The notes beneath the pieces are model-generated. The model had not been told where the DNA came from and did no database searches. It was given only the letters and a program-made list of their open reading frames with translations. A program made the translations under genes and the position numbers. A stretch of 64,000 nucleotides of DNA from Camelus dromedarius. Its lineage: Eukaryota. Numbering within the stretch: the first letter of the stretch is position 1; every line of letters starts with the position of its first letter. The stretch lies in contig NC_087436.1 of NCBI RefSeq assembly GCF_036321535.1, positions 46,936,001 through 47,000,000 of the forward strand, written 5' to 3'. Positions 12,445 to 26,039 of the stretch are shown here, piece after piece.

Positions 12445-13301
12445 TACAAACAGATCATATAACTCAATAACAAAAAACAAACAAACCAATACCAAAATGG
12501 CCAGAAGACCTAAACAAACATTTCTCCAATGAAGAGATACTCATGGCCAGTATCTCTAATCATCAGGAAATGCAAATCAAAACTACAACGAGGTACCACC
12601 TCACACCAGTCAGAATGGCCATCGTTAAAAAGTCCACAAACGATAAATGCTGGAGAGGGTGTGGAGAAAAGGGAACCCTCCTACACTGCTGGTGGGAATG
12701 TAGTTTGGTGCAGGAATTATGGAAAACAGTACGGAGATTCCTCAAAAAGCTAAAAATAGACTCACCATATGATCCAGCAATCCCATTCCTGGGCATATAT
12801 CTAGACAGAACTCTAATTCAAAAAGATACATGCACTCCAATGTTCACAGCAGCACTATATACAATAGCCAAGACATGGGAGCAACCTAAACGTCCAAAAA
12901 CGGATGACTGGATAAAGAATTTGTGGTATGATGGAATATTACTCAGCCATAAAAAGAGTAAAATAATGCCATCTGCAGCAACATGGATGGACCTGGAGAT
13001 TGTCATTCTAAGTGAAGTAAGCCAAAAAGAGAAAGAAAAATACCATATGACATCACTTTTATGTGGAACCTTAAAAAAATGACACAAATTAACTTATTTA
13101 CAAAACAGAAACAGACTCACAGACAGAAAACAAACTTAGGTTACCAGGGGCAAAAGTAGGGGGAGGGTAAGTTGAGGGTTCTGGGTTTGCAGATACTAAC
13201 TACTATATATAGAATAGATATACAATAAGGTCCTACTGTAGAGCACAGGGAACTATATTCAATACCTTGTAATAGCCTGTAATGAAAAAGAATATGAAAA
13301 G

Positions 13302-13332
<31 letters not shown>

Positions 13333-13439
13333 GATAGATATAGATATATATCTGAATCACTTGCTGTACACGAGAAATTAACACAACACTGTAAATCAAC
13401 TATACTTCAATAAAAAATATACTTACAAAATAAAAAAAT
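12445..13439 (+). mobile_element. 5'-truncated LINE-1 (ORF2 C-terminus, 3'UTR, A-tail) with perfect 14 bp TSD
   Basis: ORF 12543-13082 encodes the L1 ORF2 cysteine-rich C-terminus ([18 protein letters not shown]); AAAAACACCTTTTA at 12431-12444 and 13440-13453. Confidence 0.96.
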
Positions 13440-15143
13440 AAAAACACCTTTTAAAAAACTTTTCAAAAAACATCTTTATAAAAGTAAATAAAACACAGAT
13501 AACAGAAAAACCCCACAAAAGTATGGCACAGTGAATTATTATCAAGTAAACAGCCTGTGACCAACAGTCAGTTCAAAAAAATAGAACTGCTAGCCACCCA
13601 GCAGCCCCTCCACATACCTCAGCCCATCACAGCACCTTCCCTTCCTACAGAAATAACTACTATCCTGAGATTAAGAGCAAGCATTTCCTTATAATTTCTT
13701 TTGGTTTTATCACCCAAGTGCCCATCCTGAGACACTGTCATTTAATCTTGCCCATTCTTTAAAATCTTATATATATTTTCAGTCTCTTTTAATCTACCAG
13801 TTATCCTCCATGCCTTTTTTTTCCCTTATAATTTATCTTTTTGAAAAAAAATCTTAGGCTGTTTAACAATAATGTTTCCCACAGGCTGGATTTTGTTAAT
13901 TGCCTACCCTTTGTACAGTTCCTTACCTTCCTCGGTCCTTGGTATTTTCTGCAAATGGGCAGCTGGATCCAGAGACTGGATCAGATTCAGCTTAGCAAAG
14001 CTCAGATGGTGTTGTGTTCTTCCATCAAGAGGCATATAATGTCTGATGCTCACTCGTTTTTGATGTTAGCAGCCACTGATGCAATGCCTGGATCTAGTCA
14101 CTCATTAGGAGTTACAAAATGGTGGCATTCTAATTCTATCATTTTGTTTTCATTTGTTAGCTCTAATAATTTTATAAGGAGATACCTAGTGGTACAGTTC
14201 ATAAAGAAGAAGCAGATAAATGCTCAGTTCTTCCCTTTTATCAATCCAGTTTTTAAAGAAATGAATTGGTCCCTGTTATCTTCAGAAGGTGATGAACTAC
14301 TGCTATACATAAATGTGTGTGAATATATACGTGTATAGCCATATATATAATTATGAACACACAAACTTAAACATTTGATGGATTTCAAGCTTTTGCAATT
14401 CGTATCTATTCTGAAGCTCAAATTGGTCAGTGGGAGCCTTGTCTTCAAGTTGGTTTTCAAGTCCATTAGACGTGACCCTACTAGTATTTGATAGCTTCTT
14501 TGCTATCTAGTATTACAAGGCATTCCATGCTCATCTTGTATGTCTCCTGTCCCAGACTTGGGATCAGCCATTTTCCAATCCTGGTTTCTTTTACAGGGAA
14601 TGATATTTCAAGACCATATCTGGGCCCTAGGTATATTCATTCTTTCTGAGTTGGTTATTGTTTCTAGATCTTTTCAGCAAACAGAGCTAGGAAGTACACA
14701 CACAAGATATGCATCTTAAGTTTTTTAAAACACAGTATCTCACAAGTTTAGACTGATATTTCCAATACAAAACTAAGTCAAAAGGATCTTTACAAGGTTC
14801 ATAAAACATTATTTCTTGAGTTCTTCTATGCTGATTACAAGTTTTGATGCCGTTTTTACTTGAAACTCAGTTTTACTAGCTATAAAATCTTGGCACACGT
14901 TTTCTTTCCCTGAATGTCTTAAAAATTGTATACCATTTTCTTCTGGCATAAAGCATTGCTGTTGAAAAGTCTGATGATAACTGGATTTTCCTTATATATC
15001 ATATGCTTTCTTTGTCTACATATACAAAGGACTAGGATTTTTTTTCTTCAAAGTTCAGTAATTTTACAAGAATTTTTCTTGGTGTTGATCATTCTGGGTC
15101 AATATTCTAAGATTCACAGTGTGCTTTTTAAAATGTAGTTTCA

Positions 15144-15445
15144 CAGACTCACAGACTTAGAAAACAAACTTACATTACTAAAAAGGAAAGGGGTGGGAGG
15201 GATAAACTAGGACTTTGGGATTAGCAGAGGCAAACTACCATATGTAAAATAGATAAACAACAAGGTCCTACTGTATAGAACAGGGAACTATGTTCAATAT
15301 CTTGACATAAACACTACTGGAAAAGAATCTGAAAAAGAATATATATGTATATAGACAAATGTATAACTGAATCACTTTGCTGTACACCAAGAACTAACAC
15401 AACATTGCAAATCAACTATACTTCAATTAAAAAAATAAAAGAAGG
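15144..15445 (+). mobile_element. 5'-truncated LINE-1 3'UTR inserted into the older L1
   Basis: Clearly homologous to 13112-13420 in this window; decayed TSD AAAATGTAGTTTCA (15130-15143) vs AAAGGGTACTTTCA (15446-15459). Confidence 0.9.
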
Positions 15446-16137
15446 AAAGGGTACTTTCATTTTTTTTTTTCTCTATTTCAGAAACATTTTCTGGAATTTT
15501 AGTATTTGTTTTATTCCTGTCCATTGGTTTTCTTTTTTAGGGATTCCTGTTATCTGAATGTTTAATTTTCTTTGCTTATCTTCAAATATCTGTCTCATTG
15601 TCTTGAGTCTTTTTAAATTTCTTTCCTCATTTTTTTTGACATTTAAAAATTTTTCTCCTTTTCACCTTCTATTTCCCTTAAGGAATTATTTCTTATATTT
15701 ATTTACTCTTGAATTTCTTCCAATTTAATCTTCACTTTTTCTTTTATTTTTAATTATTTTTGACACCAATTCTTTGATTTCTGAGTCCTTCAGATTTTGG
15801 TTTTGTTGTTCCTTCAGGCTTTGAACAATTTTCTTCAAATATTTAGCTTGTTTTGAAATAGTACAGTATCATTTTTATCTTTTTTTTTTTTTTTTGCTTA
15901 TGTCTTTCTGGTATGTTTTATTGCCTGTAGAGATATTATTCTGCTCCCCATTCTCTTTTTTGCTTATAGTAACCTTTGTATATAGAATTTGACCTCAATG
16001 ATTTTCTGTAGCCAATTTTTCTGTAAAATTATTTTCCTGAACTTTTAGGAAGAGTTCTCGTTCATACAACTTTTCTAACTTCACAGAGACCGCTCCTCTG
16101 TTGTTTTTGTAAATTGTTTTAAAATGTATGTATGACA

Positions 16138-16485
16138 ACACTCCTTGACACTGTCAAGTTCATCAAAAACAAGGAAAGTCTGGGACACTGTTATAACCAA
16201 GAAGAGCCTAAGGAGATGAGATAACTAAATGTAAGGTGGCATTCTGGATGGGGTCAGAACAGGAAGAGGATTTTAGGTGAAACCTAAGGAAATCTGAGTA
16301 AAGTATAACTTAGGCAATAATAATATATTAGTATCAGTTCATTAATTATAGTAACTCTACCATACTAACATATGGTGTTAAAGATGTTTCTAATAGAGGA
16401 AGCTGGGTGGGGAGTATCTGGGAACTCTCTGTACTATCTGCTCAATTTTTCTGTAAATCTAAAACTGTTCTAAAAAATAAAGCCC
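16138..16485 (+). mobile_element. L1MC/L1MD-type 3' end
   Basis: ctgtcaagttcatcaaaaacaaggaaagtctg...gggaactctctgtactatct...caatttttctgtaaatctaaaactgttctaaaaaataaa. Confidence 0.85.

Positions 16486-16488
<3 letters not shown>

Positions 16489-16544
<56 letters not shown>
16489..16544. repeat. (AC)28 microsatellite
   Basis: Perfect dinucleotide run at the tail position of the L1 3' end. Confidence 0.98.
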
Positions 16545-16548
<4 letters not shown>

Positions 16549-17055
16549 CAGCTTGTGTCTAAGATTTCCTAGCGTTTTCCCCACCCACCTACTTTTATCT
16601 GGACCTTCCCCTTCTTTCATCTCCTCAGTGAGGGACCCTGCGCTGGGAGAGAGCCCTGGAGGGTCAGTGTCAGGGCTCACGGGGGCTGTACTGCTCCAGG
16701 CACCTTAAGCCTTAACACGGGACCCTTGTGTCACTAGCAACTGGGGTGGGCAAGCGCCTGACGAGATCAGCTGTTGTTATCAAGCTGGCTAGCTTTAGTT
16801 CCCAGTTTCATCTGTTTCGAGGTTCTTCAGTTCTCATACTCATCAAATCCAGCCCCACTGCTTCTCTCAGTTTCCTCCTATACAGATGTCAGAAGGTGCA
16901 GGTCTTGTGACTCATATTTTAGGATTCACTGGTTTATCTTGTTCCCTGGCTTTTCATACATATTGCCCATGGATTTTATGGGCATTTGGTTTTATGCTCT
17001 AGTCCTCATTTTTTCCCCTTACAGTTTAGGATGCTGAGCTTTCATACATATGTAT

Positions 17056-17057
<2 letters not shown>

Positions 17058-17095
<38 letters not shown>
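17058..17095. repeat. (AC)19 microsatellite
   Basis: Perfect dinucleotide run. Confidence 0.98.
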
Positions 17096-17097
<2 letters not shown>

Positions 17098-20000
17098 TAA
17101 CAGCTTTGTTGAGATATAACTCATATAGCATACAATTCACCCTGTGCTCTTTGTGGGGAATTTAGGAAGACCCCCAAATCATGCTGCCACCATTTCCCCA
17201 ACATTCTAAAACCAAACTTTAAGGCAATCGTCACCATCATACTGTTGAGATAATGAGGGTTCTAGTATGGTAGAAGATCCATATGGCTCATTTATCTACA
17301 GACAGGCTAGAACGTGTGGTGGGTGGTAGAGATACGGTGCTATATTTCTCCATGTGTTTACGAGCAGAAACTCAAGGGCTTCCTGTCACACATGGTATAC
17401 AACCAGTTCACAATTATTTACAGTGTTACGAAGGCAGCTTTCACAAGGATATTTAAAATCCATCAACCATCCCAATAATCTCATTAATTTTACTTGCTTT
17501 ACTGCCTGAACTTCTCCTAGCTGATCGGTCTTTGAGGAGTGAAAAGAAAACCCAAACCTTACGCAAGTGTGATTTTTGCCATCTTTGCCAGGGCGCACAT
17601 ACCTGTGTGGGAGTGTCCTCCTCTGAATCAAGAAGCACAGCTCTGCACTGGAGGAGGGCGGTCTCAATGACGCAAAGCCCAGGTGATGTCGGAACAATCA
17701 ACCCACTGTGAAGCCATTCACCTTATTTCCAGGGGCCCATTTAAAACAATTCTTAAAAAAAAAAAAAAAAAAGCCCAAACACTCAAGGTCTCATCTGAGG
17801 TTCTTTCTACCTTCCATGATTTGGGGGCACACAGAGACTCTATTTTGGCCCAGGCCCCACCAGCCTTGATTCCACTACTAACTCGGATAGACACTTTTTG
17901 CAGGGCCTGCTCATACAACAGCCTATAAACTGCTAAGTAAAATTAAACTTGTTAGAAAGAATCCACTCAGCCTCCAATGAGTTCTTCCCCAAGGTGTTAG
18001 TAAGTCTCAGTATGGATACATATTTCATTTCTCTGTCTGCCTTGCCCAATTCTTTAGGCAAAGTGCTAAAAGGCAGCCCAGGAGAGGAAGTACAAGGACC
18101 CTCACATCATCCACAGCCCGGATGATCCAGTCCTGAATAAAGGGCAATCGGCTTCCCAATATTTTATTTTAAAGCTGCACCTATACCTTATTAGAATTAA
18201 GACAGCGGCTCTTTCTGCTCAGAACACTCTAAGGATGAGAAGCCACCCTCAGAATGCCACCCCAACACAAACTGATCCCCATGCACATCACCAGTCATGG
18301 TTTGTTTTCTTAAATAGCAAAGTTTATTTTATTTCACTGCTCCATCAAAATTATTTATCTCATTTATCATACAGTTCCTGCCTAGTGTGTTTTGCCAGAA
18401 CTAACATGCATGAAAATTATGTTAATGGGCCTTGGACTGGTTTTAATGTACTTCATATAATCAAGAAACTAAACAAACAGAAAGGACTCTGAAAGGTGCC
18501 CATTCTACTCGGAAGAACTGCTTGCTCTCGTAAGACACGTTTTTGAGGAGAGTAACTGCCAAGGATCAAACCACCAGCAGGGCCCTCAGAAAAGACCTGT
18601 TTATCCAAAGAAAAAAACAGACCAAGGGACTTACCATTGTGCCCCACTCCATCAGGTGCCCTAGGTTTCCATTAACCAGCGGTGGTTTCACGGAGAGAGA
18701 CTGGGAAGTGATTTGGAAAGGATTCTTAACACGAAAACTAACCCAGAGGAAAATTAAGTTTCGATTTTTGAGAAGGAGCCAGCCTGGTGAAAATCATCTA
18801 TTTCTTGAGGAAATTAATGTGTGTATGCACAGGGATGTCACTATAATGCTGGCCTGGTGGCCTACTTCCAATACACACTGACGTAGGGAAAGGCCATATA
18901 ATAAAGAGGTCTTTCTGCGACTTCTGAGAAATGAACATCCTAGGACTTAGTACCAGATGGACCCACATTATCATAAACTTTCCTCCATAAATAGGTCTTA
19001 TAGAAAAACTCCATTAAACTTGCTAAAGAACTGAACTATTGAGGAGCAGTTTTAAATAGCTTTGTGATTTTGCTTTGAATATTTATATTTACATGTTATT
19101 TTAACAAACAACTGCAAAAAATTTCTTAAGAGCCAGGAATTAGGCTAACTCTGGGGGTACAATTACAGCTACCAAAAAAAAAAACAAAAACAAAAACCCT
19201 TATTTAGCAATATCAAAAGAATGCTAAAGCCAGATGAAATCTATGTGTCTAAAATGAAAAGGAAGACATTGATCTACTATTTTTAGTCATTTAAATGATG
19301 ATATCAGATAGACCGATTGACCCATCAAACCTATGGAGTTGGACTTAGTGGTTAAAATGGCCAAAATATGTCATCTCAAAAGCACTGTGATGTCAAATAT
19401 GTAACCTTCATTCTTATCTCAGACACCATCCAGGACATTGGCATCACCTCTGTCCCAGTGACAGGAGGACCTTTGTGCATTTCACAGGAGAAATGGTGCC
19501 AGCTTCCAAGTTTTTGTTTTTGTTTTGTTTTGCTTTGTTTTTGTCTAATCTGTCTTCCGTTGAAAATAAGAAGAATTTTACTTCTTTAAGATTAAGAAGG
19601 CAAAACCACAGCTGGAGGTCACGAAGCTCAGAAGAGCAGGCTGTCCACATGACAGGGGGCAGTGGGACAGGCTGGGAAGCAAGGCCCTGAAGATTTCAGG
19701 CCAGCAGAGACTGTGAGCAAAGTAAGGGCCTGAAACATGATATAATTTCAATAAAGCACCTTCCCAACGGTTCAACCACAGCTAAAACCCTACAATTGCA
19801 ACTTTTGTTGTTTGACCAAAATTAAACAAGGCTTTGTCTATGGAAAAACATACACACCCGAAGGGAGGTAGCACGTTAAACATCACTTATTTTGTACTTC
19901 AACTCAATATACGAGTCAAATTTTTTCATTACTGTTTGTTACAATAAGCAGCAGCTTGGGTTGGAGGAAGAGCAGGGGCAGAGGCAACAGTGGTGAGGCA

Positions 20001-20219
20001 GAGAGAGGAGGGGACAGAAGGTGAGTGGGCCCCTGGGGTGGAAAGAGAAAATAAACCCTGGAGGGGTGAAATAACAGAAATAGAAGTATAAATAAAAATA
20101 GAAACGGAAACCAAATCTTAACCATACATCTTCCCCTTAGGCATTTCACGCTCAGTCAGTCCTGCAGGTGGAACAAGATAATAATCCCTCTCTACTGCGT
20201 TCAACCTTGCGATAAATAT

Positions 20220-20600
20220 TGGGTCTATGAGTGAGCCGCATTTTAAAAAAAGACGTTGAGTTCCTGTTGTACACCCAGAAGAGTGTTACTAGGAGGACGA
20301 AAATCATGCAGGATCTTTGAGGAGGCTAAGTATGCTAAGCTAGAGAAGATTCAGCAGAATCATGGTAATTAACTCAAGGTTTGTAAAGGGCAGGAAGGCC
20401 AATAAAGAGGTACACTTACAAGTGTTGCCACTGACAATACACAGAGGACCGATGAAAGGAGATAACTTCAGGATCAATATAGTCTTTTAATATTCAGAAT
20501 CATCAAAAGGGAAGTGAACTGCTTCACAAAATATTGAGGACCCTGTCTCTAGACATATTCACGAGTCAGCTGCTGAGTACTCAGAGTTATTATAGAAAGG
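20220..20600 (+). mobile_element. CR1/L3 LINE 3' relic
   Basis: ccgcattttaaaaaaagac...cccagaagagtg...gctagagaaga...ttcaggatcaatat...ccctgtctctagacatattca resembles the L3 3' region. Confidence 0.6.
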
Positions 20601-20607
20601 AACTCTA

Positions 20608-21195
20608 TCAGTGAGAGCTCTCAATTACAAGTGGCAAAGACTGATTAAAATGGCTTAAACAAAAAGGAAATACATTGGCTCAGTGTGATTCTAGATTCAG
20701 CACAGAAGATGCTCAAACGGTATCACTAGGAGTCTCTCTATCAGTCAGCTCTGCCTGCCTTTGTGTTGGCATCATACTAAGATGGTGGCAAAGATGGCAA
20801 CTTCAGCCTCAGTCTCACACTCCACCGACCACGCAATAGGAGTGGAGTTTCCTCTGTCTTGATAGCACCAGCAGTTTCTGGAAATCACTATGGCTTGGGT
20901 CAAGGTCCTCACCCGACCTATTGCTAGGGTCATTGGGAAGCAGCAATCCCATTAGCCAGCACTAGTCACATGCTCACCCCTGCACAAATCTTGCAGCCAT
21001 GGGCATGTAGCACGCTCTTTGGCCAGGCCTGGTCATGTGCACACCCTTGAGAGCAGAAAGGAGGGTGGGTGTGGAGTCAACAATCCTGCCGTCCTAAACC
21101 ATGTGGAACTGGAGTTGCCATGGGAACATTGAGATGCTACTAATTGGTAAAAAGAGAGAAGAGTTTCAGGTCAGAAAAAAATAATGGCAATCTTG
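20608..21195. mobile_element. MaLR/ERVL LTR relic(s) (MLT1/LTR33-like)
   Basis: aaaatggcttaaacaaaaaggaaatacattggctca...ggtggcaaagatggc...ttggccaggcctggtcatgtgcacaccctt. Confidence 0.65.
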
Positions 21196-21447
21196 TTTTG
21201 GGGTTATTCATAGGATAGGATACAGGCCTACAAAACGTTTACGTTCTTTTTCAGTTAAAATTTTATTTGTTGCTAAGTCACACTTGCTAAACCAAGAACT
21301 AGATACTTACTCTATAATTTAAAGCCAAACTGTTGACTTTTCAGTTACTTAATCCCTTAGATATTCACCAATAGTGACAGAGAAAGTGAATATTCAAGAA
21401 AAAGCCTATTATTCACCTCCTTTGGTAAAATGTATGTAGACAGAAAC

Positions 21448-21640
21448 CAGTGGTGTGCTGGTAAAATGGCTCTCTGGAAACCAAAGCCCTGATGTCTGGT
21501 ACCTGCCAATTTCCATGCTGTGAATACTCCCATGACAGCCAATTTCAAGCTCTCAACATGAGGTCACTTAACAGAGTTGGGAAGAGATGTACATGTTCGT
21601 CATTCCTGAGCTGGGTGCCGTCCAGCTCCAGCACATCACT
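21448..21640. mobile_element. MER63A-like hAT-Blackjack MITE
   Basis: Terminal inverted repeats agtggtgtgctgg...ccagcacatcact; internal gccaatttccatgctgtgaatactccca, gagttgggaagagatg. Confidence 0.85.
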
Positions 21641-22723
21641 TCACAAGACTTAATAAACGTTCCAATCCCGTGAAAAACAATCTCAGATGATGAAACCCAG
21701 TTCTGTTTTGTTTTGCTTTGTATTTTTCATTTCATTTGATGATACAGCAAGAGACTATGGGTTTAAAACACAGCATAAAATGTTTAAGTATATCAATTTC
21801 CCTACAGTGGATAATATTCACTGTTTCAGTGTTTTTCAACATGGTGTGGAATTTCCTAGTGAGGTCTTCATAAAATAATTCCCATGTCTTACGGTTTGAT
21901 TGGAATGACCTTGAAGGAAAACAGAGGCGTTGCTGGTTGGTGGCTTATTACGATACCTCCAGACTTGTTTGAAAAGCCTAAGACCCCTTTCCCCCTAACA
22001 AAAAGTGGAATAATTTTTAACAAAAAGAACCAAATTTAGTGGGAAATAAAATGTATGTCTATAATAGTTTATCAGTGACTTGATTTGTTTGTGATAAATA
22101 CAAAAAAATCCCACAAAAACAAATACAACCGGGTATGGATGTCACATGGCACTCGGCAAGAAGGGACCTGACCACAAGGAGCTGGCACAGGAAACCCATG
22201 GGAGTCGCTCCTCAGAGTGTGAGGACACTTCAAAACAGCTCTAGCAGAGTTTCTTACTATGTTTCCTCCCAAAAGGCTTCAGTTCAAGCTTCAAGCATCC
22301 TACACATCCCAGCTAGACAATGCCATTATTTAAAAGGAATTACCCATAATTCAATCTTTTCAAATATTGTAAAATAGAATGTAGCTAAATATATATTTCT
22401 CAGGGTTTTTTTTAATAGTATCCTGATAGAATTTGAAAAATTGATTTTGTCTTCACCATCAGTAGCCTCAACTATTTAACCATTTTGAACTGTGAAAAGG
22501 TATTTCAATGCAGCAGTTGGAGGTGGAAATAGTACCGAACTTTACTTTGTTCCAGACGCCGCTCTGTTGAATACAGGTCCTCTGATACATTCAGTCAACA
22601 AACAGTAACATACCAGACTGAGGCCTACGGGCTCAATAAGTGGGTTCCAAGAGACATCCAAACAAGTAAGGACTGAGTCAGGGCTCAGGAGCTGAAGCCA
22701 AAGCCAAGCTGCACAGAAGGAAA

Positions 22724-22816
22724 GCGCGGGGGAGACGTGAGGCCGCCCGGAGGCCAGGAGAGGCCCCGCCCCGCGCCCGGGAGCTGCGTGGGCTGCTGGT
22801 GCCGCTGCGCGCCGCT
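22724..22816. other. Isolated CpG-dense micro-island with a GC box
   Basis: 14 CpGs in about 93 bp; CCCCGCCCC GC box; TGAGTCA at 22674-22680; AT-rich flanks. Confidence 0.8.
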
Positions 22817-22879
22817 GAGACAGAACAAATATAGGCCATCCTTTGGAAAATTAGAAATCTGAGTTTCAAAATGTGCAGA

Positions 22880-23460
22880 TTAAAAAAAATTCTATGGGGA
22901 AGCTATTTTTAAGAAAACCATAAAACCCAGAAACCATAAATGAAAAAAAAGATTGACCTATTGAATTTGTCTCAAAATTTTTAAATTCTGCAGGAAAAAA
23001 ACATTACAAATAAAGTAAAAAGACAAACTTGAGTAAAACTTTTCCAATACATGCTGCTTGGTACAAAAGGATCTCATAAATCAGTAGGAAAAAAAGAAAA
23101 GAAAAGAGAAAAGCAAGAAAGATGGAAAGAAAGAGGGAGAGAAGTAGGGAAGGAAGAAGTAAGAAAAGCAAAAAGAAAAATAAGCAAAGGACAAACATGA
23201 AAAGCTTCTTATAATTTTATAGACATGACTCATAATTTAAAAATATAAGCATGACTTATAATTTTTAAAAAGCAGATTTACACAACAATGAAATACCCTT
23301 ATTTTAACCTGCACACCTAAAGTTAAAGCAAGCATGTCGGCAAGTGTGTAGTGAGAGATAAATTATGCAACTTTCCTCAAGGACAACTTGGCAAAACATC
23401 AAAATTTAAAAAATGCATCTATCCTTTGACTTCACAATTTGAAATCCAGAATTCAGAATA
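22880..23460 (+). mobile_element. Old LINE-1 (L1ME-like) relic with GA-rich expansion (about 23085-23200)
   Basis: aaaacccagaaaccataaatgaaaaa...gattgac, aaagtaaaaagacaaac, aatgaaatacc, atcctttgacttcacaatt. Confidence 0.65.
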
Positions 23461-24089
23461 ATTAATGAAATTAGGATTTTGACTAATGAAGAAGCAAGCC
23501 ACCTGAAAATGAACAGTATTGTTCCTAGGTGATTGATGATGTAATTTATAATACGAGAGAATGTGAGCTTTCTTGGCTGGCCTGATGGATAGTAGGTCAA
23601 CTTGGAAGAATATTTATGAGCAGAGCTAATAAATTCTCAGCCTACTTTGATCTGTAGCTTGCTTGAATTGGTTTTGCCTTTGCCTTCCCCCAGACTGATC
23701 ATCCCATACAAACCAAGGCCACTCAACACCCAGCATATCACACAGGTTAGCAAGCTCTGTCCCAGGGGCCAAGGAGGGGAGAGTTCAGTGCGAGACAGGG
23801 TAACAGAAAAAGCAAACGCTATGAGACTGCATGGGTGGGAATGGCTTCACAGAAGAATATTACCTGAAATGGGCCTTGAACAATGGAGAAACAGGAGAGC
23901 TGCAGAGGATTGGAAAGGGCATTCCAAGGACAGGGAAGAGCCAGAACAGGAGCCAGGGGTGGGCAGGAAATTTTGAGGTTTAAAAGACAAATCTAGAACA
24001 TACCAGAACAAGAGCAGTAAGATTCTTGGCACTTATCTACAACCACCAATAGACCAAGGAAAACAAAGCTCCTGGGTCTCAAGGTATCC

Positions 24090-24420
24090 TATGTTGGTGT
24101 GTCCTAAACTTTACACATTTATGACACAGCCTTTTACACATTTACACACATATCTCCCTCAAAATTTTTGTTGCATTGGCCAATAGGCATATTTATATTT
24201 ACTCTAAAATTTTCCCTTTAAGTCCGTTCCTTTTCTCTTTAGTTCATCTTAAAGAATAATACCTACGAAATAACAGATTTGGCATGTTAGAAATAGTTCT
24301 TCCAATACATGTTAAGTAAATATATAACTAATAAAATGCTTTTAAAAAGTTCATTGTATACCACCTCATATCACACTGTGAACCAGCAAAGGGACACGTG
24401 TCTCACCTTGAGAAACGCAG
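24090..24420. mobile_element. hAT-Charlie-like relic
   Basis: ttagttcatcttaaagaataatacctacgaaat...gtataccacct...caccttgagaaacgc; subfamily uncertain. Confidence 0.45.
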
Positions 24421-24636
24421 GTCTTCAGAGATAGCCCCTTCAAACTGAGCAAGGTGAAAGCTGTCATTTGTTCATGTTTACATCACAAATGACAACCTAG
24501 ACCAAACATAAACTGTGAAACTGAATATACCCAGATGGCATTTTTAAACCATGTTGCAGCATAACTTAACACATTACAGGCGAAAGAGAAACTAGTATGT
24601 TGAGGGCAACTATTGTGCATGTGTGTTGGTTATTGA

Positions 24637-25094
<458 letters not shown>

Positions 25095-26039
25095 TCTTTT
25101 TTCACAAAATCAAATAATGTAACCAAGCAAGTAACCTCCTAATGCAAAAACCTTCCTATTCCAAAACCCTGACAACCTGATATTAAATATCATTTGAAAG
25201 TAGTTTGGGCTCCGTTTTTACTTCCAACCTTTGAGAAAGGTTGTTGGATCCCACTTAAAAGGATGACTATCCTCTAAGGAGAAAGACCACAATACCACAA
25301 GAAACAAGAAAAAAAAAATAATCATCAATTATATTCCAACATTGACTAAAGGAGGAGAGGTTTCAAAGTAGTGTGCCAGCTGGCTGGAGCCATGGTGTGG
25401 CTTCTCCTTTATCTCCTTTAAGGTACATGTATTCATGTCTCTTACCAGCACAGCTTTCTGGGAGACCAAGGAAGATTTTTAAGTAGATTATAACTTTATC
25501 AGTATAGATCTCTCTTCATGGAAAACTAAATGACTTATCTCCCATTAGTCACAGAAAGGAATCAGAGGCTCATGGTTGCCTTACCCTCCTGGTTAAATGG
25601 CTATGGTTTTGGGGGTTTGGACTGAGTCTGTTTCTATTGCCCTGTTTATCCTGAAACCATACGAAAACCCTCTTCTCCTTCATGCAGTCGGTGAGGCTGA
25701 TGTGGGACAGGTCTGTGTGTCCAGATGAAGCATGCTCCAGGGCACTTGGAGGGGACAACCGAGATGACTAAATGTTTAGGAAGCAGTCCTCACAATGAAG
25801 GAAGTAAAAGAATTTAGATATATTGTGCCTTAAGAGGAGAAGGCTGAGGGCAGAGATGGGACCCTATTCCTCAGGGAAAGGGATGGTTATTGACAGGCAG
25901 ATGACAAGGAAGTGTCGACCTCATGCATGCAAGCGGAGCCACACTGAACTTGACAGGAGATGCTTCTTACAAGCTGAGATTCCCTGACTGCCTCCTAGAA
26001 CACCGTGGGAGTACGAGAGGCAGGGCAGGAAAGGGTAGG

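Larger units (their letters stand above)
13460..17200 (-). mobile_element. Old LINE-1 (L1M-type) antisense tract with nested younger insertions
   Basis: Long T-rich tract with L1M-like motifs (cacagcaccttcccttcc...actactatcctga, ccagacttgggatcagccatttt, ttgctgttgaaaagtctgatg); probably several fragments. Confidence 0.65.

Noticed and set aside
12543..13082. 179 aa ORF as a host gene
   Set aside because: It is the L1 ORF2 C-terminus of a truncated element and includes a frameshifted segment ([11 protein letters not shown] instead of WYIYTMEYY).
13841..14338. 165 aa plus-strand ORF
   Set aside because: Falls within an antisense old L1 tract, has no ATG at its start and no recognisable homology.
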